A DNA stretch of 63,388 nt, filler included, from Saprolegnia diclina VS20 (Eukaryota), in NCBI RefSeq assembly GCF_000281045.1. It is 5 parts of 2 records of this genome, joined end to end, with 100 filler letters (N's around TTAATTAATTAA, not from the genome) between each part and the next. Parts side by side here need not be neighbours in the genome. Positions count along the whole stretch, not along the records: positions 33,554 to 59,365 come from NW_008246120.1; 4 more parts are not named here. The stretch is one strand, 5' to 3'. The notes below the pieces were generated by a model. It saw only the letters and a list, made by a program, of their open reading frames with translations. It was not told the DNA's origin and ran no database searches. Shown here in pieces: positions 34,198 through 46,137 of this stretch; the first letter of the stretch is position 1, and each line of letters starts with the position of its first letter. The translations under genes were made by a program, and so were the position numbers.

Positions 34198-35094
34198 GTC
34201 TTTGATTTTAACCACAACTGTAATGGCGTCCAAACCGGTGGCAACTTGGAGTTTGTATCCGCTACCCTTTGCGCTGCAATAGTATTCACGGCAAATACAA
34301 AGCCACACGTTGCAGTTGAACGAGGCCACAGAACGCACGACAGCGCCCGGGTCTCGTCTGCGGACAGCGAATTGAGTCTCTGCAGTGACGCGGCCGCTGA
34401 TGGCGGTGTGTGCAGTAACAGTGCCACTCGCCATCCCACCATTGACACCTCGTCTCGACGAAGCTGAGGACGACGATGGCTCCTTGGAGCTAGCGAGCGA
34501 CAACGTTCTATCTTGCGCCTTAGCTCTCGCACGAGCGTGGCAAATGCGGTCGCTCCCACGACTGATGTTTGAAGAGCAATAATGATGCTGCCCGGTTGTG
34601 CTCAGCAGAGATTGGGAACCTGTGAAAGCTCATAAGATACGTATTAATTATGAGAGACAAATATATCTCAGATTCGAGATGGTCACTGGCCACCACGCTA
34701 TTGCACTTTGCCTCATTGGGAACTAGCAACGCATTTGTCCAGCCGCATTTGCCACGCTCGTGCGAGAGCTAAGGCGCAAGATAGAACGTTGTCGCTCGCT
34801 AGCTCCAAGGAGCCATCGTCGTCCTCAGCTTCGTCGAGACGAGGTGTCAATGGTGGGATGGCGAGTGGCACTGTTACTGCACACACCGCCATCAGCGGCC
34901 GCGTCACTGCAGAGACTCAATTCGCTGTCCGCAGACGAGACCCGGGCGCTGTCGTGCGTTCTGTGGCCTCGTTCAACTGCAACGTGTGGCTTTGTATTTG
35001 CCGTGAATACTATTGCAGCGCAAAGGGTAGCGGATACAAACTCCAAGTTGCCACCGGTTTGGACGCCATTACAGTTGTGGTTAAAATCAAAGAC
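34198..35094. repeat. ~350-bp inverted repeat (arms 34198-34549 and 34743-35094, 193-bp spacer) made of nuclease-family upstream sequence
   Basis: Arms appear to be exact reverse complements on inspection. Both end at gaps at essentially the same position. Confidence 0.9.
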
Positions 35095-35593
35095 NNNNNN
35101 NNNNNNNNNNNNNNNNNNNNNNNNNNNNNNNNNNNNNNNNNNNNNNNNNNNNNNNNNNNNNNNNNNNNNNNNNNNNNNNNNNNNNNNNNNNNNNGAGCGG
35201 CGACGAGGCAGCGGGCGGCGACGAGGCAGCGGGCGGCAACGAGGTCGTAGAGGCCGTTGGTGTCATGATCCAAAATACAGTCTTTTCTACGAGTGGCCTT
35301 CTCAGAATGGCCCTCCGGAATCGCTTGGCTTTTTGCTTGTTGAAGACGCTTGCCGTTGCTCATTTAGCGCGCTTTGTCCCAACTGGATGAAGAAAAAGGC
35401 CAGCAACTGGGGAAAATGACGCATTCTCTAACGCATTAGCTCTCGTACGAGCCTCGTTCAACTGCAACGTGTGGCTTTGTATTTGCCGTGAATACTATTG
35501 CAGCGCAAAGGGTAGCGGATTTCCGAGAAGGGCCGTTCCGAGAAGGGCCAGCTGACCGCGAACGGCCACGAGAAAACCAAATCCGACATTGCG

Positions 35594-35741
35594 ATGTCAA
35601 CGAGCCCGACGTCGACCAGCGCCCCAACGGCCTCTACGACCTCGTTGCCGCTCACTGCCTCGTCGCCGCTCACTGCCTCGTCGCCGGTGTTTCGCGTCAT
35701 GGACGGTGTCATTACGCTCCGTGGCCTCGGGGCGGCGGCCA
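35594..35741 (+). CDS. 5' end of nuclease-family copy (remainder probably in gap 35742-36712)
   Basis: MSTSPTSTSAPTASTTSLPLTASSPLTASSPVFRVMDGVITLRGLGAAA. Sequence after the gap (~36715-36906) matches the downstream flank of the 56-kb copy (~57365-57539), and the gap size fits. Confidence 0.8.
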
Positions 35742-37127
35742 NNNNNNNNNNNNNNNNNNNNNNNNNNNNNNNNNNNNNNNNNNNNNNNNNNNNNNNNNNN
35801 NNNNNNNNNNNNNNNNNNNNNNNNNNNNNNNNNNNNNNNNNNNNNNNNNNNNNNNNNNNNNNNNNNNNNNNNNNNNNNNNNNNNNNNNNNNNNNNNNNNN
35901 NNNNNNNNNNNNNNNNNNNNNNNNNNNNNNNNNNNNNNNNNNNNNNNNNNNNNNNNNNNNNNNNNNNNNNNNNNNNNNNNNNNNNNNNNNNNNNNNNNNN
36001 NNNNNNNNNNNNNNNNNNNNNNNNNNNNNNNNNNNNNNNNNNNNNNNNNNNNNNNNNNNNNNNNNNNNNNNNNNNNNNNNNNNNNNNNNNNNNNNNNNNN
36101 NNNNNNNNNNNNNNNNNNNNNNNNNNNNNNNNNNNNNNNNNNNNNNNNNNNNNNNNNNNNNNNNNNNNNNNNNNNNNNNNNNNNNNNNNNNNNNNNNNNN
36201 NNNNNNNNNNNNNNNNNNNNNNNNNNNNNNNNNNNNNNNNNNNNNNNNNNNNNNNNNNNNNNNNNNNNNNNNNNNNNNNNNNNNNNNNNNNNNNNNNNNN
36301 NNNNNNNNNNNNNNNNNNNNNNNNNNNNNNNNNNNNNNNNNNNNNNNNNNNNNNNNNNNNNNNNNNNNNNNNNNNNNNNNNNNNNNNNNNNNNNNNNNNN
36401 NNNNNNNNNNNNNNNNNNNNNNNNNNNNNNNNNNNNNNNNNNNNNNNNNNNNNNNNNNNNNNNNNNNNNNNNNNNNNNNNNNNNNNNNNNNNNNNNNNNN
36501 NNNNNNNNNNNNNNNNNNNNNNNNNNNNNNNNNNNNNNNNNNNNNNNNNNNNNNNNNNNNNNNNNNNNNNNNNNNNNNNNNNNNNNNNNNNNNNNNNNNN
36601 NNNNNNNNNNNNNNNNNNNNNNNNNNNNNNNNNNNNNNNNNNNNNNNNNNNNNNNNNNNNNNNNNNNNNNNNNNNNNNNNNNNNNNNNNNNNNNNNNNNN
36701 NNNNNNNNNNNNTCCTCTAGTCCAAGAGCAAATCCGAAACGAAATGATGTTGCTGGACTGTCTTTTTTATTTGTGAATTCCGGGTTGAGGGACGTGGTCG
36801 AGGCGGACGCGGACGGAAGCGCATGACAAGGGGCCGGCCACTTGTGTGGACCAAGAAGCGAAGCAAGATTGCGCTACGCAAGCACTTAACGAGGCTGTGG
36901 TGCAGGCGGGCACGCACTCTTCGTGACGGTAAGCGGCCACGCATAGCACGGGCCTGCAAGAAGAATCGCTCAACTCCATGCACGATTTACACCGGGCCGG
37001 CATGTCGACCAAGCACATTCAGAGTATTATCGAGCTCAACGTCATATCGCCAACCCGTCTCTAGTCATATGACTCGTTGGAAATGTTGTCCTATTTAAGT
37101 GTACCAACTTTTGCATTCGTTTTGTGT

Positions 37128-38347
37128 TTACAAAGGTCGATTTTCATGCACGTGCCGAGCGTCATCATCGTGAAAGCTCGCCCACGTGGCGTCCGGGAGC
37201 GCCTCCATGGCGTCTGCGCACTCGCAGTCGGACTCGTCGTCTGCAAGCGTGTCGTGGACGTCGATGGCGCCTTGGTGGTAGTCGCAGTTTGCGAGGGCCG
37301 ACAGGATCGACACCGCGCCTTTCGTTTTCAGCTGGTTGCCGTCGAGGTTCATGGACGTTAAGTGGCACGCCTGCGGCACGATGAGGCTGATCGCGATCGC
37401 GCCATTGACACCAATGACGTTGTTGGCGAGGTGGATGGTGTCCAGACGATGCACGATGCCGCTGAGCGCCACATGATTTGATGAAGTTGGTACAGAGATT
37501 GAACGTTCTCAACGACGGGCACAGCGGTAGCGACTGCCGCAAGCGATTTCGCGCTCGCATCCTTGAGGTTTTGATGCGACAGCTCGAGAAACTCAAGGTA
37601 GTGACACTGCGGGAGCGCGGCGGCCAAGACAGACACATCGTTGTCGCGAAGACCCCGTTGACCGCCAACTGGAGAGCAGTCAGCTGCGGAAGGAGCGACG
37701 CAAGGCTTGTCACGCAGGCCCGCGAGAATTGAATTTCAAAGAGGCGGCAGTGGAGCAGCGAGCGCAGATGGCCCAGGCCAAGCAACTTGAGGCTCGTCAC
37801 GGACGTGGATGCGAGTGTTTGGATTATAGGACGCAGATCGTAGTCGGCGCAGCGATCAAACCGGACGGCGATCTCACGCAGCGTCGTCAGCGCCAGGGCC
37901 GTCGATTCAAAAGCCGTGCTTGGCCAATCGGCTTCGAAGAGGTCGATCAGGAGCTCGATCCGCTCAATGCGCCCAGGCCACTGCGCAATTGTTTGCTGCA
38001 GCTTCGCCCAGGATCGCACGGCGTTCAAGCGGAGCTTCGTCTAGGGTTGCAGCGGGGACGGTGGCGCCAGGTCGACGCCGTTGATGGCGAGAACCGAGTA
38101 CAACACCATGGCCTTGGCGACCCTGCCTCAAAGCTCCTCGTTCTAGTTGCGGCCAGAGTCGCACGTGGATCGGGTAGCGCATGTCGTCCGCCGGAACCGC
38201 AAGACGTCGCGTCTGCACGGTGCGGTAGAGCTGCCGGAGCGCGGCCAAAGGCTCCGAGAGCCAATCATCCGGCAGCGCCTGCAGGAAGGCAGCCATGTCC
38301 TCGGACGTCATGAGGTACGTGGCCATGCGCTCGACAACCTCGGGCAT
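37128..38347 (-). pseudogene. RNI-like LRR pseudogene (same family as 10753-12213)
   Basis: MPEVVERMATYL..DMAAFLQALP start. LRR motifs (LRTFNLCTN, LDTIHLANNVIGVNGA, LTSMNLDGNQL) are scattered over four ORFs in different frames. Confidence 0.75.
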
Positions 38348-38657
38348 AAGCAAGCACCAGCGTCAACCGAATTAAAAAACAAGCGCCGAAAATGCAACGC
38401 AAAAAGGCCACCAAAAAGGCAGCTTGGGGCTACGTATCCGGATGGTCGCCGGATACCGAAGAGTTGCGTCGACGTCAAGACCAAGAAGACTCTGCACGTA
38501 GGCACCAAGATATGCATCAATAAGCAATAAGCTCAAGCTATACGCTATACTCGATGTGATCCAACGAGATAGTGAATTGCGGTCAACTATGTCTTATAAT
38601 GTACAGTCATGTCCTGTGAAACTGTTGTGGCGTTTGGGGAAAGGGCAAACTCGCACC

Positions 38658-39391
38658 ATGGGCAAACTGGCGCGGGCCAAGGACCGGCGCGCGATCCTCG
38701 AGGCCACCAAGCAAGACATTTGGACGATCTGGTATGCAGCCGAGCATGGCAAGACCGAGCGTGTGCGCTGTCTCCTCGAGAAGGGCCGCGTGCACGTCAA
38801 CGTGGCCGAGCCGGTACGCCAGCATCCTCCACGCCATGCCATCAAGGCGTTGGTGATAGCACATGCAATGGACAGCGCTGCACTACGCAGCGCGGCACGC
38901 CCACGCAAGTGTCATTCAGGTGCTCCTCGAGCACCATGCCAACCCCGACGCACTGGACAAGGTACATAACACAAGTACCTCGCCGTTGCTTATATCGATC
39001 GATGCGGAAGTATGGCAACTCGCCGCTGCATCTGTGTGCGGGGTACGGCAGCTATGAATGCGCCGTGTTGCTTTTAGAAGGTGGCGCCGACACGCTGTGT
39101 CCCAACCACGTACTTCGTTTCGTTTGGTGTCGAACTCGACGACAAAGAGGCGGGTAGGAGAAGGCGACGGCACTGGACATGGCGACCGCGATGGACCACA
39201 GTGACATCCGCAAGCTTCTGCAGTCGTGGCGACCCATCGAGCTGAGCATGCAAGGTATCGACGCTATACTTCGCAAACATGCGTCATGTGGGGCTAGAAC
39301 GGGAGGCCAAGGCTCGTCGCATTGCAGAGTACAAAACACCTCAGGACATGGCTCTCTTGGCCGAGCCCGAGATGATCTTCCTCGAGCGACG
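38658..39391 (+). CDS. Ankyrin-repeat protein, multi-exon; 3' part (probably TPR) in gap 39392-40318
   Basis: IWYAAEHGKTERVRCLL, WTALHYAARH, GNSPLHLCAGYG and TALDMA ankyrin repeats separated by GT..AG introns. Confidence 0.85.
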
Positions 39392-40452
39392 NNNNNNNNN
39401 NNNNNNNNNNNNNNNNNNNNNNNNNNNNNNNNNNNNNNNNNNNNNNNNNNNNNNNNNNNNNNNNNNNNNNNNNNNNNNNNNNNNNNNNNNNNNNNNNNNN
39501 NNNNNNNNNNNNNNNNNNNNNNNNNNNNNNNNNNNNNNNNNNNNNNNNNNNNNNNNNNNNNNNNNNNNNNNNNNNNNNNNNNNNNNNNNNNNNNNNNNNN
39601 NNNNNNNNNNNNNNNNNNNNNNNNNNNNNNNNNNNNNNNNNNNNNNNNNNNNNNNNNNNNNNNNNNNNNNNNNNNNNNNNNNNNNNNNNNNNNNNNNNNN
39701 NNNNNNNNNNNNNNNNNNNNNNNNNNNNNNNNNNNNNNNNNNNNNNNNNNNNNNNNNNNNNNNNNNNNNNNNNNNNNNNNNNNNNNNNNNNNNNNNNNNN
39801 NNNNNNNNNNNNNNNNNNNNNNNNNNNNNNNNNNNNNNNNNNNNNNNNNNNNNNNNNNNNNNNNNNNNNNNNNNNNNNNNNNNNNNNNNNNNNNNNNNNN
39901 NNNNNNNNNNNNNNNNNNNNNNNNNNNNNNNNNNNNNNNNNNNNNNNNNNNNNNNNNNNNNNNNNNNNNNNNNNNNNNNNNNNNNNNNNNNNNNNNNNNN
40001 NNNNNNNNNNNNNNNNNNNNNNNNNNNNNNNNNNNNNNNNNNNNNNNNNNNNNNNNNNNNNNNNNNNNNNNNNNNNNNNNNNNNNNNNNNNNNNNNNNNN
40101 NNNNNNNNNNNNNNNNNNNNNNNNNNNNNNNNNNNNNNNNNNNNNNNNNNNNNNNNNNNNNNNNNNNNNNNNNNNNNNNNNNNNNNNNNNNNNNNNNNNN
40201 NNNNNNNNNNNNNNNNNNNNNNNNNNNNNNNNNNNNNNNNNNNNNNNNNNNNNNNNNNNNNNNNNNNNNNNNNNNNNNNNNNNNNNNNNNNNNNNNNNNN
40301 NNNNNNNNNNNNNNNNNAAAAAAACCGGAAATCGACCGAAGCCTGTCTTTTCTAGAACATGAACCAATCACGAGTCGCGATCCAGTTGAAATAAGCCAAT
40401 CAAAAGCGGCGGATTTTGCGATTGGCTTGGGTCGGTCCATTTTTCAAGAGCA

Positions 40453-42145
40453 ATGTCGGCCAAGGCTCCGCAGGTGCTCGGTGGGACGACCGTCAACACG
40501 GACGAGCGCGTGCACTTGGACATTGAGAACGGCAATAGCGACTCGCTCTTCACGGACATCAACGACGAGATCCCGAACGTGACGGAGATCGAGAGCCTCT
40601 GCATCAACTGCTACGACAATGGCATGACCAAGCTCCTCCTCACGCGCATTCCGTACTTTCGCGAAGTCATTTTGATGTCGTTCGAGTGCGACCACTGCGG
40701 CTTTAAGAACAGTGAGATTCAGTTTGGCGGCTCGATCCAGGAGAAGGGCGTCCGCATGGAGCTCCTTGTGGAGAACCGCGAAGATCTCAACCGCCAGCTC
40801 ATCAAGTCGGACACGGCGTCCGTCTACTTTCCCGAGATCGACTTTGAAGTGCCGGCCAAGACGCAGCAGGGCACGATCAACACGATCGAAGGCCTCATCT
40901 CCAAGTCGATCGATGGCCTCCGCGCCAACCAGGAAGAGCGCCGCCTCATTGACCCGGCGACGACCGCCAAGATTGACGACTTCCTCGCTAATCTGGCCAT
41001 GATGGCGGCGGGCATCACGCTGCCGTTCACGGTCGTCGTCACCGACCCCGCGGGCAACTCGCACATTGAAAACCTCTGCGCGCCCAACGTCGACCCGCAG
41101 CTCACCGTGTCGCACTTCTTCCGCTCCGAAGCGCAGGACCTCGAATGCGGCCTCCAGCCCGACCAGTCGCACGCCCACGACACGCCGTCAAATGTGCCCA
41201 AGGTCGTGCCGCCGCGCAACGAAGGCCTCGATTCGCTCGTGGCCTCGAGCAGCGGCATCAAGAACCACGAAGCCATCCGGTTTCCGACGCAGTGCCACGC
41301 ATGCTACAAGGACGGCGAGTCGCTCATGTGCGTCACCGACATCCCGCACTTCAAGGTACCCTTTTGTCTTCTTTGGATACAAGCCGCGCAGTCTTCATGA
41401 CCAAATTGCGGCGTAGGAAGTCATCATCATGGCGTTCAACTGCGAGCACTGCGGCTTCAAGACGAACGAGGTCAAGGCTGGCGGTGCGATCCCGCCGTTT
41501 GGCGAGCGCATCGTTCTTCGCGTGCCGGCCAACGTACGTTGCACGGTGGCTTGGAACATAATATCTTAGTTTTGACGGATATAGGACTCGAGCTTTATGG
41601 ACCGCGATATCCTCAAGAGCGACTCGGCCTCCGTTCAAATCCCGGAGTTGGACCTCGAAATGATGCCCGGGTCGCTCGGCGGCTTGTACACGACGATCGA
41701 AGGTCTTTTGGAGAAGATCCGCGACAACCTCACGTCGGGCAACCCGTTCGCGGTCGGCGACAGCGACGGCGGCCGGTCGGGTCTCGCCACGTGGCTCGGG
41801 CGCCTCGAGGAGCTCAAGACCGGCATGGCGTTCACGCTCGTCATTGAGGATCCGCTCGCCAACAGCTTCATTTACTCGCCGTTTGGCAACGCGGACGAAG
41901 ACCCGCATATGACGGCCGAGAGCTACACGCGCTCCGACTTTGACAACGAGGTGCTCGGCCTCACCGACATGGTCACGGAAAACTACTCGAACGAGGTCGT
42001 CGACGACCTCTCGCAGGCGGCGCCGACCACGATTCAGTCGGACAAGCTCACGATGGCCGGTGGCGGCAAGGCCATCTCGACGGAGGCGTACCACCCGAAC
42101 CCGAACGCCGTCATGGACCTCGACTCGGGCCGCACCGAGCTGTAG
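40453..42145 (+). CDS. ZPR1: Zinc finger protein ZPR1 (two ZnF/A-B modules, 2 introns)
   Basis: [93 protein letters not shown]. Confidence 0.96.
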
Positions 42146-42269
42146 ACCATTGCGATGTTGTAATACCAGTGGTTTACTTTGTCTATCTTGAGAGACGTGA
42201 CAATTGCCATCGCATGCAAACACAACCTCGATTCGATCCGAGTCGTTAAAACTGCACTCGGGTCTTCAT

Positions 42270-43582
42270 CTACTGCATGGATTCGTCCACTGCGCCTTGG
42301 TCTTCATTCGCGGCCGCACGGAGCGCCGCGCCCATCCGGAGCGCCGCGGCCCACGACTCTGTCAAGCTCCCGGGCAAAGCCCCAGGCGGCACCATGCTCG
42401 GACGAGCGGGACGAGCCACATTACCTTCTGGTCCCATGGCCTCGTGCACTTTGAAGATGACCTTGTAGAGATCGATCTCGAGGCGCTCGGTCGTTGGCGG
42501 CGCGCCAGCGAGGAGGTTGGCATTGTCCAAGTAGAGCAAATCCGCGATCGTAATGTGCAGCACGGGGCGGNNNNNNNNNNNNNNNNNNNNNNNNNNNNNN
42601 NNNNNNNNNNNNNNNNNNNNNNNNNNNNNNNNNNNNNNNNNNNNNNNNNNNNNNNNNNNNNNNNNNNNNNNNNNNNNNNNNNNNNNNNNNNNNNNNNNNN
42701 NNNNNNNNNNNNNNNNNNNNNNNNNNNNNNNNNNNNNNNNNNNNNNNNNNNNNNNNNNNNNNNNNNNNNNNNNNNNNNNNNNNNNNNNNNNNNNNNNNNN
42801 NNNNNNNNNNNNNNNNNNNNNNNNNNNNNNNNNNNNNNNNNNNNNNNNNNNNNNNNNNNNNNNNNNNNNNNNNNNNNNNNNNNNNNNNNNNNNNNNNNNN
42901 NNNNNNNNNNNNNNNNNNNNNNNNNNNNNNNNNNNNNNNNNNNNNNNNNNNNNNNNNNNNNNNNNNNNNNNNNNNNNNNNNNNNNNNNNNNNNNNNNNNN
43001 NNNNNNNNNNNNNNNNNNNNNNNNNNNNNNNNNNNNNNNNNNNNNNNNNNNNNNNNNNNNNNNNNNNNNNNNNNNNNNNNNNNNNNNNNNNNNNNNNNNN
43101 NNNNNNNNNNNNNNNNNNNNNNNNNNNNNNNNNNNNNNNNNNNNNNNNNNNNNNNNNNNNNNNNNNNNNNNNNNNNNNNNNNNNNNNNNNNNNNNNNNNN
43201 NCGCGCGGACAATGTAGACGGACGCCAACGTCGCCGGATCAGCCGCGTCGCCGTGAAACCGGCAGCTCCAAATGACATTGAAGAGACCGTTGTCCAAGCC
43301 GTGCGTGAGCCAGTGCACGAGAGGCACGTTGCGCGCAATGAGAAGCTCCGGCGCGTCTTCGGCTTGCGATAGGTAGACTCTGGCCGCCGCCCCGAGGCCA
43401 CGGAGCGTAATGACACCGTCCATGACGCGAAACACCGGCGACGAGGCAGCGGGCGGCGACGAGGCAGCGGGCGGCGACGAGGCAGCGGGCGGCGACGAGG
43501 CAGCGGGCGGCGACGAAGCAGCGGGCGGCGACGAGGTCGTGGAGGCCGTTGGGGTGCTGGTCGACGTCGGGCTCGTTGACAT
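42270..43582 (-). CDS. Nuclease-family copy convergent with ZPR1 (middle in gap 42571-43201)
   Basis: MSTSPT..(SSPPAA)5..VFRVMDGVITLRGL..SVYIVRA [gap] LHITIADLLYLDNANLLAGAPPTTERLEIDLYK..DESMQ*. Confidence 0.85.
43437..43536. repeat. 18-bp coding tandem repeat (GGCGACGAGGCAGCGGGC), about 5.5 units
   Basis: Directly visible. Encodes SSPPAA on the minus strand; related units also occur at 35195-35249. Confidence 0.9.
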
Positions 43583-44437
43583 CGCAAAGTCGGATTTGGT
43601 TTTCTCGTGGCCGTTCGCGGTCAGCTGGCCCTTCTCGGAACGGCCCTTCTCGGAACGACCATCCGGAATCGCATGCTTCGCGGGGTTGTTGCGGTGGCTC
43701 TTCTTGCGCCCGTGCTTGCGCACCATCGAGATGTCGGGACAAAGCAAGTTGGAAAGTGCGAACCCATGAGCAGCGCCTTGACGAGAAAGGCCGGCGGGCA
43801 AGGCGTCTTTGATTTTAACCACAACTGTAATGGCGTCCAAACCGGTGGCAACTTGGAGTTTGTATCCGCTACCCTTTGCGCTGCAATAGTATTCACGGCN
43901 NNNNNNNNNNNNNNNNNNNNNNNNNNNNNNNNNNNNNNNNNNNNNNNNNNNNNNNNNNNNNNNNNNNNNNNNNNNNNNNNNNNNNNNNNNNNNNNNNNNN
44001 NNNNNNNNNNNNNNNNNNNNNNNNNNNNNNNNNNNNNNNNNNNNNNNNNNNNNNNNNNNNNNNNNNNNNNNNNNNNNNNNNNNNNNNNNNNNNNNNNNNN
44101 NNNNNNNNNNNNNNNNNNNNCGGGGCGTCCGCAAGCGACGTCGAGGCAGCCGCCAAGGCGGAGGAGCGTGGGCTCGTCATGCTGTTGCCAAAGGGAATGA
44201 ATTTGTGTGAAAATGGGGTCTTTCTCTGGGTGCGCGGTTGGGACGAGGCGCGATCGCGCCATCGGTACGTTGGTAAGCGCCCTTCTTTCGAGAGTGCAGC
44301 GCGTAGTCCGCGTTCAGGGGTTCATGGTGGCACGCGACAAGGGATAGGGTGGCGCGTGTTGCTCGCCCGTGCGGCATGTGCCGAATTTAATTTGGACCAA
44401 TCAAGAGCGGGGTAATTTGAAAATTGAATTTGGCAAG

Positions 44438-46037
44438 ATGACCGAGCGACCGGTCAAGGTCGTCGTCCGCATGCGGTCGCCGCCGACGGAGCTGTCTCGG
44501 GGCGCGCCGCGGAGCATGGAGGTACAGCGGGACCTAGGCCGTCGGCAGGCCACGAGTGTCAAGATCGGCGACGAGCGCATGGAGTTTGACCAGTGCTACG
44601 ACGAGACAGCAACGCAGCACGAGCTCTTCCGGCGCGAGATGGCCGCCGCGATCCCGCTCGCCTTTGACGGCAAGAGCACGACGCTCATCGCGTACGGTCC
44701 AAGCAAGAGCGGCAAGACGTTTACAGTTGACGGATCGACGACGAGCGCGGGCCTCGTACCCCGCACGATGCAGCGCTTGCTCCAGTTCCAGCACGCATCA
44801 GCGCCCCTGCATACGATCCAGCTGAGCGTCCTCGAGATCCACCGCAACAAAGTCTTCGATCTTCTCGATTCGAATAGCGATCGAACCGACCTCCCGATCC
44901 GGCAGTCGGCGACAGGCAGCGTTGTCGTTCCCGGTCTCGCCCGGCTGCCGATCACGACGCTCGCGCATTTTACTAGGCTCTACGAACAGGCGAGTCGCGC
45001 CCAAAGCCGTCAAAGCCACAAAGTCGTCACGTTCTCGGTGCAAACGACCGGCGTCGACGGCGAACCGAAGTCCGGGACCATCCATCTCGTGGACTTGGCC
45101 CGCGTCGACGAGTCGCGTCGACGGAGCCTGCAGCCTCGGTCCAGCGACAGCAGCAGCAACGCGATGACGTTCTTCGTCCTCGGCAAAGTTCTCAGTGCGA
45201 TCAACGAAGGCAAGTCGCTAGCGCACATGCCGTTCCGCGATAGCAAGCTCACGCGCCTTTTGCACGACGGACTCTGCCGCGATGTGCATGCAGCGACGCT
45301 GATCTGCACCGTCTCGACGGCCAACGTCGACGACGCCTTGCACGCACTGCAATACGCAGCCAAGGTCCGTCTCCCAACGACGTACCGAAGCCCGATGCGA
45401 ATGGCGTCCGAGACGTCGCCACCCCCCGAACTGACGCCAACGCTTAGCTCCCTCGAAGAGCGCCTGGAAGCGTGGCGTCAGAGTTAACACACAAAGACGC
45501 CCGAGACGACAAAGCGTCCGCGGGCAGTAAGCCTTGCATCGGACGAGCCAGTGAAAAAGCCAAAGCTCGAGTCGCCACCCAAAACGCCGGTTGCTCTCAA
45601 GGCGGCGCCAACGGGCACACCCAAGACACCGAGCCGGATTCCGATGCGCCGGGAGAGCATTGTTCCGCTAACGACCACGCGCAAGCCGCTGAGGTAAGCG
45701 ACATGGCCCCTCGGACCGTAGTTTGACACTGCATAGCAACCTCACCAACCTCCCACCGACCATCACGCCGACCAAGGATGCGTACCAGACCCCCGAGAAG
45801 AGCACCAAGCCAAGGTACAAACAAGATCTGATATTAAACCTTGGCTAAGGAGGTTGTAGTGCTGTTGATACCATTCGCAAGCTTTTGCACTTGGCCATGG
45901 CGTTTGAGAAGCGCGATCGGCTGGCCGCGGCCCTCGCCGTGTACAACTGCACGAATCGCCTTCTTCCAGCAACCAGCACCAAGCTCAAAGCGCGTATTCA
46001 CCGCCTCACAACCGAGCTGATGAGTGCGCGTCACTTG
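44438..46037 (+). pseudogene. Divergent kinesin-like gene, copy 1, with in-frame TAA at 45485-45487
   Basis: VKVVVRMR, FDQCY, AYGPSKSGKT, LEIHRNKVFDLL, LVDLA, HMPFRDSKLTRLL. Coding-like sequence continues in frame after the TAA, with further GT..AG-bounded exons. Confidence 0.75.
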
Positions 46038-46137
46038 NNNNNNNNNNNNNNNNNNNNNNNNNNNNNNNNNNNNNNNNNNNNNNNNNNNNNNNNNNNNNNN
46101 NNNNNNNNNNNNNNNNNNNNNNNNNNNNNNNNNNNNN

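Noticed and set aside
43437..43536. Possible CRISPR-like array
   Set aside because: Head-to-tail coding repeat without spacers in a eukaryote; no cas genes.
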